From Fimbriimonadales bacterium (GTDB lineage: Bacteria > Armatimonadota > Fimbriimonadia > Fimbriimonadales > ATM1): DNA of 48,635 bases. Position numbers and translations under genes: made by a program. This document shows positions 1 to 10,088 of this stretch, in pieces. Numbering within the stretch: position 1 is the stretch's first letter; each line of letters starts with the position of its first letter. The notes below the pieces were generated by a model. The model worked only from the letters and a program-made list of their open reading frames with translations, made no database searches and was not told the origin of the DNA. The stretch lies in assembly GCA_051003155.1 (NCBI GenBank), contig JBPCLO010000009.1:1-48635 (forward strand), given 5' to 3'.

Positions 1-309
1 CCGGACGAACTACCCCGCAGCTTCTGGATGAAAAACACGCTGATTCCACTCGACATCGCATATCTCAAGTCGGACGGCACGGTGCTCAACATTTTATTGA
101 TGGCGCCGCTAGACATGTCTGCTTATCTTTCGGACGGCCCAGCGCGTTACGCGGTCGAGGGGAAGCCGCCATGGTTCGAAAAAAACGGCGTCACAGCCGG
201 AGATTGGTTCGACCGAGGCGGTCTGAAAAACGAGACCGCAAGGGACTCTACTGGCGGCGCCGGCCCGACCGATTCGTCGATGGTGCTCGATTTCGTTTCC
301 GGATCGTAG
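1..309 (+). CDS. DUF192 family protein, 5'-partial
   Basis: The frame is open from base 1 and contains the FWMKNTLIPLDIAY signature. The 3' end overlaps the convergent sbcC. Confidence 0.8.
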   Translation, partial: PDELPRSFWMKNTLIPLDIAYLKSDGTVLNILLMAPLDMSAYLSDGPARYAVEGKPPWFEKNGVTAGDWFDRGGLKNETARDSTGGAGPTDSSMVLDFVSGS

Positions 310-2645
310 CGGACTTCGATGCACCTGTCGGCCTTCTGATTGATCGAGTCGATGTGGCTGATGATTAAGATTTGGACGAACATGCTCTTCATCGCTTCGA
401 GCTTATCGAGCAGGCTCTCACGCCGGTCTTCATCGAGCGAACCGAAGGCCTCGTCGAGGATTAGCAGCGACATCGGCTGCCCGCTTCGATCCTGGATCAT
501 CTGCGCGAGTCCAAGCCTAAGGGAGAGCGCCACGAGGTCTGATTCCCCGCCGCTCATAACCTTCTTGTCGATGCCGTCATCGACGATCGTGGCCTCGAAC
601 GACGTGTTCAGTCTGAGGCTTAGATACCTGCCATCGGTAAGGGCAGACAGCGTGTCGCCGGCGTAGGTAGTGAGAGTCGGGATCGTGCTGCTGTTCAAAA
701 CCGCGCGCAGGTCTGCCATGCCGTTTGCGACCTCGCTCTGAAGTTTTCGATCACGCTCAAGCGCTTCGGCGGCCCTCTGATTCTCCTTGTATTGATCCAG
801 ATGCGCCCTTGCCGCTTCCGAAGCTTTCTGGCAAGATTCCACCTTTTGCCTCGCCCCTGCCAGTTGTATTTCCAAGGCTCGGTGAGCCTTTTCGCTTTCC
901 GCGTAGTCTGCGAGCGCCTTTGACGCTTCCTCTTGGGTAAGGCCCAATTCAGCCATGCGCGTCCGGTCTTCTTCCTGCCGCTTCTTCTCCTCGGCGAACC
1001 TGCCGGACGCCTCCGCGACCTCCTTCTCTGCTAGCACCAACCGCGCGTCGACGTCGCCCAGTTCGAGGAACCGCTTCCAACTCGGCCTGTGATCCGCCAG
1101 CGCGGCTTCGACCTGGGCCAAACGGGCCTCGTCGAACTTCTGGGGTAAGGCTTTCGCTTGCTCCTCTAGTTTTGCGATCTGATCCTTCAGGGCGGACGTC
1201 GAACGCTGCTTCTCCTCTCGTCGCTCGACGGCGACGCGTCCGGACTGGAGCGCGGCATCGGCTTCCTCTTGGGTTCGCTTTGCCTCAGCGGCCGTGGCTT
1301 TCAATTGCGTAACGGCGTGGGGTTCGTTTACAAGGTCGGAACTAACTGCGCCAGCCGCCTTGGACGATAGTTCTGCCTTTGCAATGACGTCGATTAGGAG
1401 GGCAGTCTTGGGCAGATGGCCATCTGGCAGCGGCTGCCCACAGGTGGCGCACTTCCCGTCTTTTTCTGCCTTTTCAGATTCCGCCAGCTCGGTTCGGAGA
1501 TTGCGTAGCCGGTCGTTCTCCACGGCGAGCCTGCTCTTTGCCTGCTCGCACTCGGTACGCCACCTCTCCGATTCAGCTGCGAGCTTCGCTTCGGCATCGC
1601 GAACCGCCGTTGCGCAGTTCGTGGCAACATCCGTGAGCTTGTGAATGTCGACGTCAGGCAATGCCTTCAAGTCCTTGGCGGCCGCGTCGAGCTGATCCTT
1701 GGTGCTGGCGATGATCGCTTCATTTTGTGCCCGCTCCTGCGATTTGGCACGCTCCTCCAGCAGAATTTTGCGCACATCTTCTTGCCGGTTGTATTCGTCA
1801 GCGGCCTTTGTCAAAGACTGCTTCTCGATCGCTTTGGTCTCGAGTTCTCTCAGCCTACCGTTGGAGGCCTCGACCATTGCTTGGAGGGTAGTTCCGACCA
1901 GCTTGCGGCCCGCCATCTGCTGCACGAGTCGCGAATATTCCTCTGCATTCTTCCGCCTCGGCTCGAGTCGCTTGAGCTCCTGCTCCTTCGCATCGAAAAC
2001 CTTCAGGCCATGGTCGAGAAGCGCTTTGGCTGCGTCGAATTCCTCTTTGACCGCCTTGCATCGGGCTCCGAGTTCTTCGCCATTGCCAAGTACGGCAAGC
2101 ATGCCCTCGAGTTGCTTGCCGGCGGCGCTTGCAGACGCCTTCGCTAGATCTCCGGCGCGCCGCAAGTCGTCGAACCCGAGCATCTTGGCAACCTGTTGCT
2201 GCTTTTGGTTGGGATTCTGAAACTTCAGAAACTCGAGCTCCTTCTGTTCGGCGCAAAAGCTGTTCTTGAACTGCTGGTAGTTCAAGCGAAGGAGCTTGTA
2301 AACCTCATTGCTGACGGGCTGCAAACCGGCCGCCATCGTTTTGACGTCTCGACCGTCCAACTCGCTCAAGGTGGCGCTCTTGAAGGTGCGTTCGACGGCA
2401 TAGTCGCGGTTGCCGATCGAGAACTCGAGCTTTACGGATACCGGTTCGCCATCGTCCGCCCATAGGTGCTGCAGGGAGTCTTTCACGTTCCGACATTCGC
2501 CGTAAAGCGCCCATGCGATCGCTTCCAGAATTGTGGTCTTACCGCTTCCGTTTCGGCCCACGATGGCGGTTATTCCATCGGAGAACACGATCTCCGCGGA
2601 TCGATACTGCCGGAAGTTCGTGAGATTAATCTTCCTCAGGAGCAC
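147..2645 (-). CDS. sbcC: SbcC/Rad50-like SMC ATPase
   Basis: GTG start at 2645 follows AGGAGG. Walker A GRNGSGKT, long coiled coils, zinc hook CATCG, signature MSGGE, Walker B LLILDEAFGSLD, and IISH. Lies directly downstream of sbcD. Confidence 0.9.
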   Translation of the reverse strand: MLLRKINLTNFRQYRSAEIVFSDGITAIVGRNGSGKTTILEAIAWALYGECRNVKDSLQHLWADDGEPVSVKLEFSIGNRDYAVERTFKSATLSELDGRDVKTMAAGLQPVSNEVYKLLRLNYQQFKNSFCAEQKELEFLKFQNPNQKQQQVAKMLGFDDLRRAGDLAKASASAAGKQLEGMLAVLGNGEELGARCKAVKEEFDAAKALLDHGLKVFDAKEQELKRLEPRRKNAEEYSRLVQQMAGRKLVGTTLQAMVEASNGRLRELETKAIEKQSLTKAADEYNRQEDVRKILLEERAKSQERAQNEAIIASTKDQLDAAAKDLKALPDVDIHKLTDVATNCATAVRDAEAKLAAESERWRTECEQAKSRLAVENDRLRNLRTELAESEKAEKDGKCATCGQPLPDGHLPKTALLIDVIAKAELSSKAAGAVSSDLVNEPHAVTQLKATAAEAKRTQEEADAALQSGRVAVERREEKQRSTSALKDQIAKLEEQAKALPQKFDEARLAQVEAALADHRPSWKRFLELGDVDARLVLAEKEVAEASGRFAEEKKRQEEDRTRMAELGLTQEEASKALADYAESEKAHRALEIQLAGARQKVESCQKASEAARAHLDQYKENQRAAEALERDRKLQSEVANGMADLRAVLNSSTIPTLTTYAGDTLSALTDGRYLSLRLNTSFEATIVDDGIDKKVMSGGESDLVALSLRLGLAQMIQDRSGQPMSLLILDEAFGSLDEDRRESLLDKLEAMKSMFVQILIISHIDSINQKADRCIEVRYDPETKSSTIDESVGPAPPVESLAVSFFRPPRSNQSPAVTPFFSNHGGFPSTA

Positions 2646-3741
2646 TAGCGACCTCCTGAAGCCTGGCGGCGCCGGCTTCCACATATTGGGTGCGTCCCAC
2701 CGTTTTCGGCAGGTCTCGTTTCTCTGCAAAATCGCGCCAATCTTCTTCGAGGGACCGCCCTTGGCCAACTTGCGACAGATCCGAATCGGACGACCTCGCG
2801 TATTGGATGTCGTGGAAGTACACCAGGGCCCTGCTCTGAATTTCGCGGACGATCTGGTGCGGTATCTCGGCGCGGGCGGCGGGATCGACGTTGATGCTCT
2901 TCTGGCGTACGATTGGCTGCGCCTCTTCGTCCCATACGGCTTGGGCAGCAAGCCGTTCTCCAATTTCGAGACCGCTTAGTCCGGAAGCGTCGACCGGGGC
3001 AAGGTCGAGAACCTGGCGAATGGGCTCGACGAAGTGCTGGATGGCGCAGCCCGTCCAGGAGTCGAACATGACCCATCGCTTTTCGTTGCCCTTGCCGGTT
3101 TCTTCCCAGATGTTGGTGCACGTGTAGTCGGTGGAACCGCAATACACGGCATTCTTTCCGATTTCCTTGTATGTGTGATAGTCACCCAGGGCGATGTAGT
3201 CCCAGCGGTCGGGCTTGAGTTCTGCCACGTTGAAGTCGGCGGTAAGCTTCAGCGAGCCCTCGAGGCCGTGCATCGCTAAAATCGAAACCTTGGCATCGGA
3301 CGTAGTCGCCCTGTCCTTTTCGTGGAGGGCGGGATGCGGAACGCAAACGAATTCGGTGTCCTCGTGAACAAATCGTTTTACCGTTTCATCGGCAATGTAA
3401 AGTCCCGGAATGTTGCCGAACAACTTCAGAATGCATCCCGCGTCCGCGGTCTTGGGAGACTCGTGATTGCCTGCGACGATCACAAACGGCTTACCTTGTC
3501 GGTCGGCCTGCATCTTCGTCAGGGCGTGAAACGCCCGGATAATGACGTGATTGCTCGGACGGACCTTGTCGAAGAAGTCCCCTGTATGCAGCACGACATC
3601 CGGGTCTTGCGACTGGATATCGGCGAGAAACCTCTCGAAGGTGCGAAAAACGTCCACCTCTCGCTGATTCAGTCCGCTGTCGTTTACACGGCTATAGGCC
3701 CTGTACCCCAGGTGGGTGTCGCTAAAATGAGCAATTCTCAC
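2626..3741 (-). CDS. sbcD: SbcD/Mre11-like metallophosphoesterase nuclease
   Basis: Motifs HFSDTHLG, TGDFFD, AGNHE and ALGDYH. Overlaps the sbcC start. Probable GTG start at 3741. Confidence 0.9.
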   Translation of the reverse strand: MRIAHFSDTHLGYRAYSRVNDSGLNQREVDVFRTFERFLADIQSQDPDVVLHTGDFFDKVRPSNHVIIRAFHALTKMQADRQGKPFVIVAGNHESPKTADAGCILKLFGNIPGLYIADETVKRFVHEDTEFVCVPHPALHEKDRATTSDAKVSILAMHGLEGSLKLTADFNVAELKPDRWDYIALGDYHTYKEIGKNAVYCGSTDYTCTNIWEETGKGNEKRWVMFDSWTGCAIQHFVEPIRQVLDLAPVDASGLSGLEIGERLAAQAVWDEEAQPIVRQKSINVDPAARAEIPHQIVREIQSRALVYFHDIQYARSSDSDLSQVGQGRSLEEDWRDFAEKRDLPKTVGRTQYVEAGAARLQEVASAPEED

Positions 3742-3809
3742 GGCTTGATCGAGGATCCGCAATCCCCTACAGGATTATACAGTTTAGGTAGACAAAACGG
3801 TGCGGGTTT

Positions 3810-4820
3810 TTGCGCGCCATAATCGCCGACGTGAGGCGCGGCGCGTTTGGATCGGTTTCCTGGCTTGCTCTCGCCTTGCTACTGGTCGCAGCTGTTTTAG
3901 CGCATTTGCTGGCCAGCGGGGTGTTTACCATTCCGGAAGTTTGGAAGGGGCTCATGAGCGGACCCGGAGATTCTCCCGAGCAAATGGTACTGTGGAGCAT
4001 CAGGCTTCCCAGGGTTTGTGCAGCGGCGCTTGTCGGGGCGATCTTGTCAGTGGTGGGTGCGGCGTTCCAATCACTTTTTCGCAATCCGCTCGCCGACCCT
4101 TACATCATCGGCGTCAGCAGCGGCGCGGCTGTGGGCGGTGCGATTGCGAGCATCCTCGGTCTTTCAACACTCTTGGGCGGAACGGGGGCGTTCGCGCTCG
4201 CTTTCCTTACGGCACTGGGAGGATTGGTGCTCGTCATCATTGCCAGCCGTGGGCGCGGCGGGCTCGCGTTGAGTTCGCTGTTAATCGCCGGAGCGGCGGT
4301 GGGATCATTCCTGTGGGCATTGGTTACGTTTTTCCTCGCCTACGCGGGGCAGGATGCCTCGAGGATCCTCTACTGGCTCCTGGGAAGCTTTGTCTCGATG
4401 GACTGGCAGCGCGTTACGATGCTCGCGATCGTCGGGGCTCTCGGTTATCTCGTGCTCTATCGTAACGCGCGTCCGCTGACCCTGATGGCCGTGGGCGAAG
4501 AATCGTCGGCGAGGCTCGGTGTCGAGACGGAGCGGATCAAGTGGTCGACCCTGCTGGTCTGCACGGCGATGGCTGCCGGTGCAGTGGCGGCAGTCGGGAT
4601 CGTCGGCTTTGTCGGCCTGTTCGTTCCGCATATCGGCAGACGCCTTTTCGGAGCGCAGTTGGAGGTTTTATTGCCGGCGTCGGCCGTCTTAGGCGCGGCG
4701 AGTGTAGTGCTAGCGGATTTACTCGCCCAGCGCATCATCCCCGGCCAAGAAATCAATATAGGAGTCCTCACCGCGCTCATCGGCGCACCCTTCTTGATGC
4801 TTTTACTCAGGAATCGGTAG
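3810..4820 (+). CDS. FecCD/BtuC-family ABC transporter permease (iron chelate/cobalamin)
   Basis: Motifs IRLPR, FRNPLADPYIIGVSSGA, GEESSARLGV and GIVGFVGLFVPH, with many TM segments. Confidence 0.9.
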   Translation: MRAIIADVRRGAFGSVSWLALALLLVAAVLAHLLASGVFTIPEVWKGLMSGPGDSPEQMVLWSIRLPRVCAAALVGAILSVVGAAFQSLFRNPLADPYIIGVSSGAAVGGAIASILGLSTLLGGTGAFALAFLTALGGLVLVIIASRGRGGLALSSLLIAGAAVGSFLWALVTFFLAYAGQDASRILYWLLGSFVSMDWQRVTMLAIVGALGYLVLYRNARPLTLMAVGEESSARLGVETERIKWSTLLVCTAMAAGAVAAVGIVGFVGLFVPHIGRRLFGAQLEVLLPASAVLGAASVVLADLLAQRIIPGQEINIGVLTALIGAPFLMLLLRNR

Positions 4821-4840
4821 CGAGAAGTATACTGACGCCC

Positions 4841-5767
4841 ATGCCGGCATCCACTTCGGCGATCACCCAAATTTCTCTAGCCGGAATTGCGCCTATTCGC
4901 TCCGGGAAAGTCCGCGAAATATTCGACCTTGGCCGGACATTGCTGATGGTCGCGACCGACCGCGTGAGCGCGTTCGATGTCGTCATGCCGAATGGAATTC
5001 CTGAAAAGGGAAAAATTCTCAACCAATTAAGCGCCTTTTGGTTCAACAAATTGCGGGATCTTATTCCCAATCATCTCATAACAATAAATGATGATAAAAT
5101 CGCGGATGCGCTGGGTGATTGCTATGACGAAATCCAGCTCGGCGGCCGGTGCATGATCGTCGAAAAATGCGAACCGGTATTAATCGAAAGCGTGGCTCGA
5201 GCCTACATCGCCGGATCCCTATATAAGGAATATGTCACCGCCGGGGGGATGGAGAAAAGTGTAGCTCTTCACGGTATAGCACTTCCGCCGGGTCTGCTCC
5301 TGTGCGGCAAGCTTCCGCAGACGATTTTCACCCCGGCAACAAAGGCGCAAACTGGTCACGACGAGAATATAGGTTTCACCGAAGCAGCGCGGATTGCTGG
5401 GGCGGACGTCGCCACGGAATGTCGGCTCGCTACGATGCGGCTTTTTCAAAGTGCTCAAGCGATTTGCGAATCCGCTGGAATTATTCTCGCCGATACGAAA
5501 CTCGAGTTCGGCACGTCCGAAGCCGGCCTAAAACTCATCGACGAGGCGCTGACACCCGACAGCTCGCGCTTTTGGCGGAAAGAAACGTACGCACCCGGGA
5601 AAAATCAGGACAGCCTCGACAAACAATTTATTCGCGATTATTTGGAGACGTTAACTTGGGACAAGAAGGCGCCCGGTCCCGAGCTTCCCAAGCAGGTAGT
5701 CGAAGAGACCCGAAAGCGCTATATAGATATCTTTAAGAGGATTACGGGGGCGGACCCGAGGCTCTAG
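4841..5767 (+). CDS. purC: Phosphoribosylaminoimidazole-succinocarboxamide (SAICAR) synthase
   Basis: Motifs SGKVREIF, ATDRVSAFD, FTPATKA, ADTKLEFG, DEALTPDSSRFW and DKQFIRD. ATG at 4841. Confidence 0.95.
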   Translation: MPASTSAITQISLAGIAPIRSGKVREIFDLGRTLLMVATDRVSAFDVVMPNGIPEKGKILNQLSAFWFNKLRDLIPNHLITINDDKIADALGDCYDEIQLGGRCMIVEKCEPVLIESVARAYIAGSLYKEYVTAGGMEKSVALHGIALPPGLLLCGKLPQTIFTPATKAQTGHDENIGFTEAARIAGADVATECRLATMRLFQSAQAICESAGIILADTKLEFGTSEAGLKLIDEALTPDSSRFWRKETYAPGKNQDSLDKQFIRDYLETLTWDKKAPGPELPKQVVEETRKRYIDIFKRITGADPRL

Positions 5768-5808
5768 GCGAACCGCTGGCGTAGCGAGTTTCGTCTTTAG
5801 AACACAGG

Positions 5809-6633
5809 ATGGCTTTTACACCCGAAGAACTCGTGGGCGGCCTTGGCATTTCAATTGTCATGGCCTTGGCGACGGCGGCCTGGGTCATAACGATTGTTTA
5901 CTGGATGCTCGAGGGCGAGATCGACTCTATAAAGGGCGCAATTGTTATCGCAGTCGCCCTTAGCCTCTTACCTTTGGGAATATGGCCGCCGTTTCCTTGG
6001 CTCACCGCACTGGTGCTTCTTTGCATGATTGTGGGATTCCTTTTCGTGCCTTTCGCCCGCTCGGTGTACGGGACGCAAATGCACCGGATGATCGATACCG
6101 ATGAGCTTGAAAAGGCCTACGCGGCATTTGGGAGAGACCCCGGAAACGTCGGAGCGCGCTTCGAGATCGCGAGGGTGCTTCAGAAGAATGGCCTTTTCGC
6201 CCAGGCCATAGCCATCGGCGACGGGGCGGAGAAAAACCTCTCCACTGCAATCGATCCGGCGACCAACGGTTCGACAAGGGATCGTTTCTACCGGGAAATC
6301 ACGCTGCTGCGAAGATGGAAGGACGATACGCCGGATCGGCTCAGTAAAGCAATCGCATGCCCACGCTGCAAGAAGGCAAACAAGGCCGGCGCCATTGCCT
6401 GCACCGGGTGCGGGGCTCCGTTCTTGCTCGACCTCGCACGCGGGTCGCTTGGAACCGAGCGAATCACCGGTCGATTGGTCATCGCGTGGGTCGTGATCTG
6501 CCTTATGATCCTGGCGTTTTCGTTCGCGGCATCCACCATGAAGGGTGTGGCGATGACGGCGGCGATCTTGCTTGCACTCGCGAGCGGCGGATTGGCGCTG
6601 GCGGCCGTATTTCGCGGTCTCAAGGCCGTCTAA
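5809..6633 (+). CDS. Hypothetical membrane protein with TPR-like segment and zinc ribbon
   Basis: N- and C-terminal TM helices and a CPRC...CTGC ribbon. Confidence 0.7.
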   Translation: MAFTPEELVGGLGISIVMALATAAWVITIVYWMLEGEIDSIKGAIVIAVALSLLPLGIWPPFPWLTALVLLCMIVGFLFVPFARSVYGTQMHRMIDTDELEKAYAAFGRDPGNVGARFEIARVLQKNGLFAQAIAIGDGAEKNLSTAIDPATNGSTRDRFYREITLLRRWKDDTPDRLSKAIACPRCKKANKAGAIACTGCGAPFLLDLARGSLGTERITGRLVIAWVVICLMILAFSFAASTMKGVAMTAAILLALASGGLALAAVFRGLKAV

Positions 6634-6674
6634 GAAGGATTGCCGGCGGGGAACGCAGAATTAGCTATCTGCGC

Positions 6675-7634
6675 ATGATCGCCAAGGTGCGGACGGCCAC
6701 GCTGCACGGAATCGACGCCCTCGAGGTAACGGTGGAAGCCGGTATCTCCGGGGGTTCGCCCTATTTTGCCATCGTGGGCTTGCCGGATGCTTCGGTCAAA
6801 GAGGCCGCTGAACGCGCCCGCACGGCCATAACGAGTTCCGGATTCGAGTTTCCGTATCGAAAGATCACGGTCAATCTGGCGCCGGCAGATATGCGAAAGG
6901 AGGGCCCGTCTTTGGATCTACCCATTGCTCTGGCGATCCTCGCGGCGAGCGGACAGCTTGCGCTCGATGCGTTCGAGGAAACGCTCGTCGCCGGGGAACT
7001 TGGCCTCGACGGCCTTATCCGTCCCATCAATGGCGCTGTCAGCATGGCCCTTTATTGCCAAGACACGGGCATCGAGCGGATTATTCTGCCCGAAGCGAAT
7101 GCTCCCGAGGCGACCGTCGCCCAGGGCGTCTCGGTGTACCCGGTTCAGCATCTGCGCGAGGTGTGGGAACTTCTCTCCGATCCGGGGAGCCGAACCCCCC
7201 TGCCGACGGTGGACTTCGCCAGCCAGCCTCGACCGGAATATGGGGTGGATTTCTGCGACGTGAAGGGCCAGCGGCAGGCGAAACGCGCCCTCGAGATCGT
7301 AGCCGCCGGCGGGCACAACGCAATAATGATTGGCTCGCCTGGGAGCGGCAAGACTATGCTCGCCAGGCGCCTGCCCACGATCCTGCCTCCGCTCACACAA
7401 CAAGAGGCCATCGAGGTCACACGGATCTACAGCAGCGCCGGCATGATGAACGGGCGCAAGGGCCTCATTTGGGAGCGGCCGTTTCGCGCGCCACATCATG
7501 GAGCGAGCCATGCCGCGATTGTGGGCGGCGGGAGAGTACCGCGTCCCGGCCAGGTAAGCCTCGCCCACCACGGCGTGCTTTTTCTCGACGATACGCCAGT
7601 AGAACTATCACACCGTTATGCACGAGCACATTAG
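6675..7634 (+). pseudogene. comM: ComM/YifB Mg-chelatase-like AAA+ ATPase, 5' half, interrupted by integration
   Basis: Motifs IVGLPDASVKEA, NLAPADMRKEG, GSPGSGKTMLARRL, RPFRAPHH and SLAHHGVLFLD. The sequence then changes abruptly to an unrelated tail (DTPVELSHRYARAH*) in place of the E-x-x-EF motif and the C-terminal ~200 aa. Confidence 0.92.
7570..7616. other. Hybrid attachment site (attB half + attP half) of the serine integrase; probable crossover GA at 7590-7591
   Basis: comM homology stops after GAC GA. An imperfect inverted repeat (7570-7585 vs 7601-7616, 12/16 matches) lies 4 and 9 nt from the GA core. Confidence 0.75.
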
Positions 7635-7651
7635 GAGGTTCGAATCTTCGG

Positions 7652-9274
7652 TCAGTTCTCGGGCCAATACTCGCGTACTCCCCCAAAGCGATCTTGGTAT
7701 AGGGGCGCAAAGAAAACGCGGTGTCCATCCGCTCTCGGGAACTTGAGAACGACGCGAGCCAAGCGCCGCAAACTCTTGTTGCCTGGCCTAATGGTCACTC
7801 CTTCAAAAACAATCGGGCTCTCAACACGCTCAACCATAAGCAATACCAACTGGCGCAGCTCTTCACGACTCAACTCATCGCGCGACGCTAGTTCAATTGC
7901 CCGCCCTTGGTCAGCAGCGACGAGATTCGGTTTCCGCAGTTGGCGCTGGCGCTCCCGCTCTTCCACGAGATCCGCATATAGACGCCGAAAGTCACACTCT
8001 TCAACCTTGCCGTCGAGGTGCAGGGAGACAAGTCGATCAATCTTGTCTTGCATTCCGATCTCATGGTCCTCTTTCCTTTGCGGCTTCGGAGCGCGCGGGC
8101 GCGGTTCGGGCGGCATTTCCAGAGCGCCGCGCAACACACGAAGAACTGCGTCCTCAATCGACGGCGCGGCAACGCTGTTCAGACCTTGTTGATGAACGTC
8201 TAATCGTGTTCGCGCGTGAGGACAGCCGTACAGAAATGGGCTGGAGCGATGGGCGATGTCATCCCGTTGCGAAGCGACTAAGCGCGCTCCACAGTACGGA
8301 CAGAAAGCAATCGAACTCAAGAGGTGTATGGACCCAGCGCTGTAGCGTCCTTGTTTACGGCGCTTTGAGATCATCCAGTCCAGGCCGCCGACCGGCTTGC
8401 GGTCGTAGTCCTGGCTATAAAGTCGCTGGACGGAGAGCAGATGGGCTGCCTCGTTCGGCTCAAGCATAGGCGGGAATGCGGCCGGAATCTTGATCGGCTC
8501 ATCCGTCTCTCTACCAAAAAAACCGTCTCCAAGCATGGTCTCTACCCAAGATGGCTGAAGATACTTGTGAGTCATGCCGTGCGTCCAGTAGCAGCCGGTC
8601 ACGGTTCGATGTCCTTCCGTGTTGAGGGTCTGCGCGATCCGCACATAACCAAGTCCGGCTATGCGCAGGGCCACCATTCGCCTAAACGCCTCCACCTGCT
8701 CCGGAATCAGGGCGAAGCTACCGTCCTCTTGACGCTTGATCCAAGCCGGTGTTGCCCCGCCTTGGAGCTTGCCTTCTCGGGCTCGACGTTCACAAGCCGC
8801 CTTGAGAAAGTCGCTGGTATCCTCGCTTTGCATTTCGGCCGCGGCAAGCAACACATTGCGAACAAAACGTCCGTGACCGGAGGTGCTGTCGATACGCTCG
8901 ACGACAAAGTGGAACGAGACGCCGAGTTTCTCGAATGCTCTGATCATATCTAGGGCTTCGCGAACGTTACGGGCTAGCCGGGAAATCTTGTAGAAGATCA
9001 GTACGTCCAACTCTCCCCGCTTTGCCGCACGGTAGTGCTCCTGCAAGCCGGAGCGCTCCCGCCATGGCTTGCGAAAGGCGCTAACGTCTAAGTCGGCATG
9101 CCTGCGCGATGCATCTTCGTCAAAAGCGAACCCAAGGTACTCCGCGTAGCGCTTCCCTTCTTCGAGCTGCATGGTGTCGCTAACTAACGAGTCCTGCCGC
9201 GCTTTACCGACGTGAGAGACGCGAATATACGCTCTGGCTCGTTGAGTCTCCGTTTGGGTGCCAACAATCTTCAT
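7652..9274 (-). CDS. Large serine recombinase (integrase)
   Basis: Catalytic AYIRVS and ISRLARN motifs, recombinase domain (RIAQTLNTEG), zinc ribbon FCPYCG...YGCPH and a C-terminal coiled coil. Confidence 0.93.
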   Translation of the reverse strand: MKIVGTQTETQRARAYIRVSHVGKARQDSLVSDTMQLEEGKRYAEYLGFAFDEDASRRHADLDVSAFRKPWRERSGLQEHYRAAKRGELDVLIFYKISRLARNVREALDMIRAFEKLGVSFHFVVERIDSTSGHGRFVRNVLLAAAEMQSEDTSDFLKAACERRAREGKLQGGATPAWIKRQEDGSFALIPEQVEAFRRMVALRIAGLGYVRIAQTLNTEGHRTVTGCYWTHGMTHKYLQPSWVETMLGDGFFGRETDEPIKIPAAFPPMLEPNEAAHLLSVQRLYSQDYDRKPVGGLDWMISKRRKQGRYSAGSIHLLSSIAFCPYCGARLVASQRDDIAHRSSPFLYGCPHARTRLDVHQQGLNSVAAPSIEDAVLRVLRGALEMPPEPRPRAPKPQRKEDHEIGMQDKIDRLVSLHLDGKVEECDFRRLYADLVEERERQRQLRKPNLVAADQGRAIELASRDELSREELRQLVLLMVERVESPIVFEGVTIRPGNKSLRRLARVVLKFPRADGHRVFFAPLYQDRFGGVREYWPEN

Positions 9275-9289
9275 TCGGAAGCCTTTGGA

Positions 9290-9550
9290 CTATTCAGTCC
9301 TGCCATCTAGGTACCCGATCCCAGGCGGCATTTGTGAGCGTCCCAGGCAGGAACGCAGGAATTTCCGAATCAGCAGGCGACTACAGGCAAGCAGTTCCAC
9401 AGATTGCTGGGGGGCAAAGGGATACGTTCGGCACTCGAACGAGAACTCTACGTCTGTGTTTCGAATATCCGCCTGAGAAGGTCCGCTAACCGAATCATCA
9501 GGGAGGAGGCTGCCGCGCTCTGGCTCTTTCATCCGATTTCGATGCTTCAT
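9290..9550 (-). CDS. Small hypothetical protein directly upstream of the integrase
   Basis: The 86-aa ORF fills the gap between co-oriented genes with spacings of 4 and 15 nt. Confidence 0.45.
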   Translation of the reverse strand: MKHRNRMKEPERGSLLPDDSVSGPSQADIRNTDVEFSFECRTYPFAPQQSVELLACSRLLIRKFLRSCLGRSQMPPGIGYLDGRTE

Positions 9551-9554
9551 CGGC

Positions 9555-10088
9555 CTATGGCTTCATGGGTTCCCGGCCCTGAACAGTCTTCGCAATTAGG
9601 GTGAGGAGGCGGAGCAGGCCGTTGGGAATGACACGAACGAGTCGGACTAGGAATCTTATTAGAGCGCCCAGGAACGCCTTTCGTTGCTCCTTGGGGAGCA
9701 TGAAACTGAAGCAGTAAGCGAACGTGACAGGGACCACAAGGTAACAGAGGGCTTGTGCGATGAGTGCTTCAGGATCCGCACCGATGACGAACTGAATTAC
9801 AAGCGCGACGGCTCGCCAAGCCAGCGCTAAGATCGAGCTGAGATTTGTAGCAAGCGCCTTGAGCAGAAGGATCGCGATGATCCAGCCGACAGCAAGGACT
9901 GGCAGTCTCAGGTTGAGCGAGTTCGCTGCCTTGGAGAGTTCCTTACTACCGCATCCCTGACAGCACTTCGCATCCCTTGGACTAGGATGTCCGTGCTCGC
10001 ACAGCCGACCACCAAACGACTTCATGCAGCGGACGCAGTACTTAGACCCGGAGGTGGAGAGCCGCTTGCATTCGTAGCAGTAGATCAT
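9555..10088 (-). CDS. Double zinc-ribbon membrane protein
   Basis: CYEC, CVRC, CEHGH and CQGC motifs followed by hydrophobic helices. The start overlaps the upstream stop by 4 nt. Confidence 0.75.
   Translation of the reverse strand: MIYCYECKRLSTSGSKYCVRCMKSFGGRLCEHGHPSPRDAKCCQGCGSKELSKAANSLNLRLPVLAVGWIIAILLLKALATNLSSILALAWRAVALVIQFVIGADPEALIAQALCYLVVPVTFAYCFSFMLPKEQRKAFLGALIRFLVRLVRVIPNGLLRLLTLIAKTVQGREPMKP

Noticed and set aside
2646..2963. N-terminal extension of the 938-aa ORF
   Set aside because: It overlaps sbcD. SbcC homology and an AGGAGG RBS point to GTG 2645.
4541..4840. N-terminal extension of the purC ORF
   Set aside because: It overlaps the permease; homology starts near ATG 4841.
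6357..6674. N-terminal extension of the comM ORF
   Set aside because: It overlaps the upstream gene; the family start MIAKV is at 6675.
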